The notes below the pieces were generated by a model. That model saw only the letters and a program-made list of their open reading frames with translations. It was not told where the DNA came from and did no database searches. Both the position numbers and the translations under genes were made by a program. This document shows, piece by piece, positions 56,347 to 64,000 of a stretch of 64,000 nucleotides of DNA. Position 1 is the stretch's first letter; each line of letters opens with the position of its first letter. Source of the DNA: Tubulanus polymorphus. Taxonomy: Eukaryota > Animalia > Nemertea. The stretch covers positions 28,678,150 to 28,742,149 of the forward strand of contig NC_134026.1 in the NCBI RefSeq assembly GCF_964204645.1, in the 5' to 3' direction.

Positions 56347-59300
56347 ATGAAATTAATCAATGTTGTTGAGAATGGTAACGTGGAAGTTCTTCCAGCCAAT
56401 CAAACGATGAGAGATATCTGCGACCAGAAGACAAATACCATGAAAAATGATGTAAGTCGCAGACCGTCGGTGAAGCAGCCTTTCTTATCGCAATTTTCCC
56501 TGCCTAAAAACTACTCGCTAAAGTTGTATGAACAGGGTCCCTACAACTCCTTGAATCCTTGAAAACTCCTTGATTTTGGAATATATTTTTCAAGGTCCTT
56601 GAAAATCCTTTAATTTTCAGAAATATCCATAAACTCCTTGAAACTCCTTAAATTCTGGGAAAGTCCTATTAAAAATTTTCAAAAGGTCCTTTTCAGAAGA
56701 CAGTGTATTCTATTATTCTTCATTGTGTGACTTGTGAGTGAAAGTTGTTTCACTTTGAGATTTAAACACAACAACTGATCAAAATTTGAGAAAAACATGG
56801 ATTTTGTATATGACCGCGAAAACCTCCTTGAATTTTGAAAATTACTCCTTGAAAATTCCTTGAAAAGTCCTTGAATTCTGGATACCAGGAATTGTAGGAA
56901 CCTTGATGAATCTTGAAAAATCATCGTAGTGTATTATATTTGTAGGAGAGTGAAAATGCGTTTTTCGGTTGTGATTTGACTGAAATCATCGACAGGTGGA
57001 GTAGATGGAACGCCAATTTACCGACTGTTCAACCATTTTACGGTATGTAGGCTTTCCCAAGATGACAAATATCGGTTTTGATTCTGATTTTTGAGTTTCA
57101 TCGATGTATTGTTTGTTGTAGCTGTGAAGTGTAATCCTGATCCCATCGTTCTACAGACTATGGCCGGTCTCGGCGCAAACTTTGATTGCGCAAGCAAAGT
57201 AAGTAACGTAGGCTGAATGAGCTTATTTACTAACACTATTGAGCTATAACCACTAAAACTGAGTGTATTGTTGGGTAATCTGGTTTGACGCCAGTCTCTC
57301 ATTAAAGGAATAATTGGGTAATTTCTATTTGGATGAAGTCGGAGGAATATTTGTTATTTTTTTCTCGTCCAGGTTGAGATGAAAACTGTTTTGAGTTTGG
57401 GCGTGTCCCCGAAACGAATCATCCTGGCGAACCCTTGTAAACAGTCGTCGCATATTGTTTACGCTCGAGACAACGGGGTCGAGATGATGACCTTCGATAA
57501 CATGGAAGAGTTGCACAAAGTCAAAAGAGTTTACCCCAATGCTAAGTAAGTGTTTAACACGTTCAAACAGTTGATTGCTATTGAGGGCATTATTAGTATC
57601 TCCAGGAATCTGATCTGCCATCAGGATCCTGGTGTAAACTGCACCTCTTAAACTGTGGGGCCAGTTCCTGCAGTTTTGGTTAACCAGTGGATGAATAAAG
57701 TGGTGGTTAAACTTCATTAGATACAATTAAAACTAGTTACTATGTGGTATTATCAAAAATTCATATAGTCTTTATGAATTTTTGGTATTATTTAATGGTT
57801 GACTTGAGCACCTGATTCTATTCAATCTCATTGATAGACCCGGATGTGATATGATAATCTTATGTCAATTTTATCAGGTTGGTACTCCGTATTTTGCCCG
57901 GTAATTTCAAGGCTCAAGTCGACTTGGGAATTAAATTTGGCTGCCACGTCAAAGATACGACTCGTCTCTTGGAGAAAGCGAAGGAATTGGAGTTGAACGT
58001 GATCGGAGTGAGGTAATAGATACTGCGTTTGAAATACTAGATTGTTGTTTTAGCGATGAATTGCGTTGATGTATGTTTCATTTGTTTATAGTTTTCATGT
58101 CGGAAGCGGTTGTCATGAAATCGAAGCGTATCCGACGGCGATAACTCTCGCTCGCAACGTGTTCGATCGTGCCGAATTGCTCGGTTTCAAACCTTACTTG
58201 CTCGACATCGGCGGTGGATTTCCGGGACAAGATGGAGGACCAATTAGCTTCGAACAGGTATTGATTCCTGCGATGAAATCTTGAAATTACACGATGTATA
58301 TTAGTTTAGATTGTGCTGATTATTGTTTGTATATAATGAACAGTTTAGCGAGTCTATCAATGGATCGTTGGAGAAGAATTTCCCGGCTGATTGTGGAGTT
58401 AGTGTAATTGCTGAACCAGGCCGCTATTTCGTGACTACCGCTTTCACGTTGGTTACTAACGTGATTGCCAGGCGCACCGTTTCCTCTGAGGAATTGGATG
58501 GTAGGTTTATTAATTCATTATGGACATAGTTTTTATCCAGGTGTCAATCTGCCTCTTGTCAGTGATCGGTGTAGTCTGGATGATTCGATTCTTGCATTGT
58601 TTGTGGGTCTGATGAAAAGATTAATTGATTTTTAAATAAAAATGCTGTCGGTTCATCCGGGCAGGAGGAGACCACCGATAGGGCAGTGCCCAGGAGACCC
58701 AAAACCATTTCAGTTCTATAGCCAATCTAAACCTTAATACCTGTCTTAAGATTTGAGACCACTTTTGGATTTGAGTCTCGGCTATCAGCTTGAGAATTAT
58801 TTTTTGTGTACGGATGGCAAAAGCCTGTTAAACGTCCGATTGGGTGGGTGCTGATTGACATCTGCATCATCACCCAACAAATCCACCATTTGAAAAAATC
58901 TATCTCATTTAATGGACGATTTTGTTTATGTGTAGATGGTATTCACAACACTCCTGCTCCGGGGAAGAATCGTAAAGCACCGGCATTCATGTATTACATC
59001 AATGACGGTGTTTATGGTTCCTTCAATTGTCTTCTGTACGACCACGTGCCAGAATGTCCGCCAGTTCTTTATAACGTAAGTCCGTCCTTTAAAGAACTTT
59101 GAATCATTGCGCGACACATTTCAACGACTAGTCTAAATACGTTTTCCTTTGACGTCTATTTCAGGATCGTTCAGCTGAACAGCATTATGCCAGTAGTATT
59201 TGGGGACCAACATGCGATGGTTTGGATTGCATAACCAATTACGTTCTTCTGCCCGAATTGGACGTCGGTGACTGGGTATTCTTCGAAAACATGGGAGCCT

Positions 59301-59805
59301 ATACGATGGCAGGTGGCAGCACATTCAACGGCATGCCCAAACCATCGGGATTCTATGTCATTGACGAGAAATACAAGTAAGCATTGCCTTATCGTTTATT
59401 GAAACTTCATTCATATGACTTCAATTCCACCTGATGAGTGAAACGCACTTTGACACTTCGTTATTAACATGATAAGATGAAGTGGTTGTGTGTCGTGATT
59501 TCCAAGAATTCAAGTGTCGTGGTCGAAAGTTTATCAGTATATATTCTGAATCATTTCGGACAAAAATGACAATATTCCAGTTATTGAATACTTGAATATC
59601 GCCTCAATATCTCTGAATTTGTTATTATAGGGAGCTGATGAAATCGAAATGCAAAACACAGCGCTGCGACAACGTGATGAAAGTAACCGATGTCGACCAA
59701 ATTATCGCCGAAGGTTTGCTGAATTGTATTCTCGATGAAAAAGAGCAAAGTTTGCGCAACAACCTGGATCAAGTCATGTTACCATTGACAACTATTGAGT
59801 TTTGA
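56347..59805 (+). CDS. ODC1: Ornithine decarboxylase (PLP-dependent, catalytically intact), 10 coding exons
   Basis: Exons 56347-56451, 56946-57042, 57122-57198, 57373-57545, 57878-58012, 58092-58257, 58344-58500, 58936-59075, 59165-59376, 59631-59805. Motifs PFYAVKCN (PLP lysine), [59 protein letters not shown] (catalytic Cys), NMGAYT..STFNG. AATAAA at 60205. Confidence 0.97.
56533..56905. mobile_element. MITE in an ODC intron
   Basis: TIR CAGGGTCCCTACA / TGTAGGAACCTTG (2 mismatches), flanked on both sides by ATGAA; many internal (A)CTCCTTGAA repeats. Confidence 0.85.
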
Positions 59806-61270
59806 AAATCTATCTTGCTTAGTTACACAGATATATCTGATCATAATATAAGTTTTGTCTAATTTGTACGCGTTGCATTAACAGCACATTAAATCATCCG
59901 GTGGTTGTCGAAAAACATATCTTTATCGAATCACTCACTAAGAAAGATATTGGAATCCTCACGTATATCATGAATTGTGGTGTGGGTATTTTAATTACCA
60001 ATTTCATCAAGTCACATTGTATGTCCATTCCGGCAAAGATGTTATAGTTTTTAGTTCGTCATTTCTGCTTGAGCACTGTTGTTTTGTTTAAGCTTTATTG
60101 GGAAATTCGTGAGCAGCCAGTGTCTCGACACGATATGTATTAATTTATGATTGTAATTCATATATTCTAATCAAATTTGCTTTGAAATCGTAGTATATAA
60201 GATCAATAAAGGCCAATTGAAGTAGTGAAATAATATGTTCTCATCTTGTGTTTTTACCGAGGGAAAGTTGTCTGCCGTACAAGTGGAATCTTGCTATACG
60301 ACCTTGGATCTTACAATTTATCAGTTTCCTACTGGTATTAGAAATCTAGAATTTCATCTAAAATAGGAAAATTTTGATAATTTCAATAATATATTCTGAT
60401 CCCCTCCTCTCCAGTTCCTTCGCTTACAAATCGAACCTACAATAGTTTGATCGTCTCCAAATCATGGGAATTCATTATGAGCGTAAATGTCCATAGTCTT
60501 CAGGGAAACTAGTCGGCGAGTAAGCCATCGATTTTCAAGTAGGAGAGCTTTGAGCCCTAGACTGGTATTAACTTAAACTCATGGGCTAACTCAATTCATT
60601 TTCAATTGAGTTAACCCCTGGGTTAAAGATAATATGTCTATAAAACCAGGCCCTGAAAAACTAACTCATCACTGAAATTCTGAATATAGAGAATCTTCAA
60701 CTTCGGATGATATCATGCCAGAAATGAACTATCATTAAAATGCGCATATTTTCTTGTCCCTAGCTCCTCTGTACTGGCAGTTTCGCTCCAATTCCTTACA
60801 CTTATAAATGTATCCGACAAGAGTGACAACCTCGAGAGTAGGAGAAAATCTAACCAGAACAACTAGATGGTTGTTATACGAGTAATAAATAGTCATTGTT
60901 GGTCATAGTCATTGGGAAAAAAGGTGGGAATTCATCAATTTTCGAATTGGAATGGCTGGCTATGTACAAAACCCTGAAACCTTATTCCTCAATCACGATA
61001 GATGATGGTAGCAAGTGATCCTAACCATCGAAAACGTAGAAAAAATAAATATAACTTGAAAATCATGATCGATTTTAATGGCTTAAAATAATTAGCAGTC
61101 TCCAAGTAGATAATATGCAATACATAAAATATAAACGCTTAGATTGTCATTTAATAACTTGCACCACATGTTTTAGGGCTCAACATATTCAGCATTGACT
61201 GTAATATCCAAAATACATACATTTTTTTATACAACATCATACAAAATAAATGAATGTGAACAATATGGTT

Positions 61271-64000
61271 TTAATAACAGAATTGTGCACATTCATCTGC
61301 GTGTGATTCAATTTCTAATGCGGAAAATTGTCTCCCACATAACGGACACGGCACTAAATCTACAGACGAGTTCAATGTTCGTGGCCTTCGTTGCGCTTCG
61401 AACGGTCGTATGAATCCGCCGGCAGGATGAGCACCAGCTGTATTTTGTGAAGGCGTATTCTTGATTTCATTGCGACGAACATTGCAACTTGCGGCATGAA
61501 CCTCGACCGCATACAGAGGAAACATTCCTTAAAATATATACACGACTAGTAATAAATAAATCCATATCCAGGATTTGATGACTGAATATTTAATATATCC
61601 TACCATTGCATATCGGACATCTTGACATATTTGGTGGAGTTTTTTGGTTTGATGATTTGTTATTTTCATTAGGCGATGTTTTCTGCGTCGAAGGTGAAGA
61701 ACTATAAACAAACATAGTTATCTCTAATGAGACAAAAAGGCAATGCACCAGCGATACTCGTAATCATGATATCCTCACTTGAGAGACTCGAGGAACTGCG
61801 ATTTCGAGTTAGATCCACGCGCCGAACCTGGAGTCGTGAGAGTTTTTGGCAAGGTTCTTCGTTTCTTGGTTGCGCTTGTATTCTGTGATGTGGTCGGAGT
61901 ATTATCCGGAGTAGTTGGTGCTGAATGATGATTATATGGGGTTGGAGGACTAGGACTGACTTGATTGTTTTTTCGTTTTTGTGCAGATGCACCTGAAAGT
62001 ACCAGGTAATAATATCATGCCATGAATCGGATGTCATCAGTAGATAATAGAATATTCATTATTTTTGGCACATACTTGTTCTAAGCCATACATTATCGGT
62101 TTGTCGTGACACGGCCTGATCTGATAAACTGCACACCGATTGCTTTCGTTGAACTACTTTTACTTAAAATAAATAAAACTAGAACATTCATCACTCACTG
62201 ATGTTTTTACAAGCTGTCGATAATAAATGGGTTAAATTGAATTCTATGAATAATTCATAGAATTTATGTTTAACAAAAAAGAATTCAATCCTACCATTAT
62301 TCCTGTTTGGAGTTAGAACCTGAGTTTTGATTGCAGAATAAACCAATTTTCCATCGATAGCAGTATTCTTACACGAATAAGAACTCTGTGGCGATTTGTT
62401 CATTGTGATTGAAGGTTTCTTCAACGAATGAAAAGTTTGTGGTGATTGTTTTATCACAATACCGCTTGTCTTATTCACTGCATTAGCACCTGGAGACGTC
62501 ATAGAAAATTTCCGTAATTGTTCAACGATATTTTTAGATTTTTCCGATAGATTTGGAGATATAGATTTCTTCGAGTTCGAAATGTTTTCACTGTTTTTAT
62601 CCGATTTTGGCGTAACATAGTCTTCACTTTGCTTTCTAGCCGGTTTCGTTCCGAGAAAAGATCGACCTAGCGGTTTAGGTTGTTTGTCTCTTTTACTGAG
62701 AATACCTGGTAAATCCTCAGTAACTGAATTCAATGGTTCACCTTTCTCTGAAGATTCTGAAATATCATTTTAAGTAATTACATTCAAATCTGAAGATAAT
62801 TTGAATTTATAAGCATTCTACTTAACTAACCTTTCGGTTTTGATATGAATTCACCATTATCATCAAATGAATTTTCAAGAAATCCTTGCCCCGCAGCGAA
62901 GAAATATTTCTTTTCTTCTTTTGTCAACTTTCGTTTTATTTGTTTTTCCAGTTTGTGTCTCAGGTCGGCCATTGTTATCGTATTCAGATCTAGCATAGAA
63001 GGATCCAATTTCTTAAAGAAGTTTGTAATTCTATCCTCAAACTGTAATGAATAATTTCAAAATTCATTAATCCAACAATGATTGCAATTCTATATTAATG
63101 ATTAAGAGAGCATTTCATGTATAGCCCACGTACTTCCGATTCCGATGCAGTTCTTTCATTTGGTTCCGGTGCATTTTGCTCAGAAAATTCATTTTTCTTG
63201 TTCAACCTGAATACAGAAACTGAACTAGCTAGATTCATGGCATGTTTTGCGGTCATTTTTGTAAAATTTGATAAAATTTGCAAACAGTTCATTTCTATAG
63301 CGGCCGGGTCTGTTGTGGTAAAATTGATCACGATTTAAAAAAAAGTAATGTATAGGGTAGATAGGCGGCCGGCCGGGTCAACATTTAAGCTCAGCAGAGT
63401 GGAGAAACAAGGTATCAATTTTTTTTAGCCTTACTTTCGACAGTTTCAAACTTTACTTACAATTTATTTTTGAACTTTAAGATATCATTTTTTGAGTTTG
63501 ATAATGTCGACGACAGGGGAAATTTTTGTTTAGCAGCCTCGGGCGTGAGAGACTTTTTCTGAAAAAGAAGCATTTAAAATCAGAAGTCTGCTTAAAGTGT
63601 TTATTTTTTGTTTAGAATGCTGTTTATAGAGATTACCTCCTGTTCTGTAAGACGTAGTGTTTTCACAGCAATCATTGATAAACCAAACTGTTTATCTTTA
63701 GTAAATGGTTGTTTACAAACTATTTTCAAACGATCCCATTGTTGACCTTTACTATCGGCATCAAAATCACCTATAATTGATGAATACATGAAAACACTAA
63801 AACATAAATTGATATTATGTCAAAAAGCTTAAGTACGATCAACTGACTTTCATTAAACATTCGAATGCTGTTCGTATTCTTCCATGATTTTGAATCCATC
63901 AGCGTCATGAATGTATTTGCCGGCAATAGACAAACATAAGGTCTATTCTGAGGCCACGAGGATCTGCCAACTGAAACCTCTATGAAAGCACAACCGTGGT
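61271..64000 (-). CDS. XNDC1: XRCC1 N-terminal domain-containing protein (XNDC1-like) with two C-terminal UBZ-type zinc fingers; 5' end outside the window
   Basis: Exons approx. 63848->64000 (HGCAFIEVSVGRSSWPQNRPYVCLLPANTFMTLMDSKSWKNTNSIRMF), 63638-63771 (WDRLKIVCKQPFTKDKQFGLSMI), 63133-63299, 62831-63042, 62295-62756, 61779-61992, 61604-61701, 61271-61527. The C-terminus has CPICNGMFPLYAVEVHAASC and CPLCGRQFSALEIESHADEC; no BRCT domains. Confidence 0.85.

Noticed and set aside
59431-59465. Minimal hammerhead core CTGATGA-GT-GAAAC (similar CTGATGAG at 14340 and 39372)
   Set aside because: No stem I or II pairing could be found around the core.
59581-59587. Alternative ODC last-exon acceptor giving NY*
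   Set aside because: The 59631 acceptor gives a longer open C-terminus; nothing else supports the upstream site.
56347-59805. Antizyme inhibitor (suggested by the uCC)
   Set aside because: The [24 protein letters not shown] and PTCDGLD active-site motifs are intact, which indicates a true ODC.
62076-62162. Extra XNDC1-like exon
   Set aside because: The phase-compatible frames hit stops, and the flanking exons join in frame without it.
61271-64000. Canonical XRCC1
   Set aside because: No BRCT domains follow the N-domain; the protein ends in UBZ-like fingers.

Overview
AT-rich, intron-containing metazoan (invertebrate, probably spiralian) genomic DNA. It holds five recognisable protein-coding genes. 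(1) A polypyrimidine-tract-binding protein gene (PTBP/hephaestus, +) occupies about two thirds of the window, with four candidate alternative first exons in 3.7-23.1 kb, core exons at 26281-39619 and a long 3'UTR. (2) KRI1 (-) lies head-to-head with (3) CLCC1 (+). (4) Ornithine decarboxylase (+) is catalytically intact. (5) An XNDC1-like gene (-; XRCC1-N domain plus two UBZ fingers) runs off the right edge. Two post-transcriptional circuits missed or only partly seen by the ORF track stand out. One is a spliced, AUU-initiated 45-codon uORF ending ...FNAEPPWDPS* in the ODC leader (polyamine-sensing uCC type). The other is a 34-nt frame-shifting PTBP exon equivalent to the vertebrate autoregulatory NMD exon, plus further candidate truncating exons behind very long AG-free pyrimidine tracts. 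The 43-47 kb interval holds a structured tRNA-like element, MITEs, a foldback-arranged 76-bp satellite and a possible orphan or decayed gene. All gene models were assembled by eye from splice signals and remembered family motifs; no database search was run.
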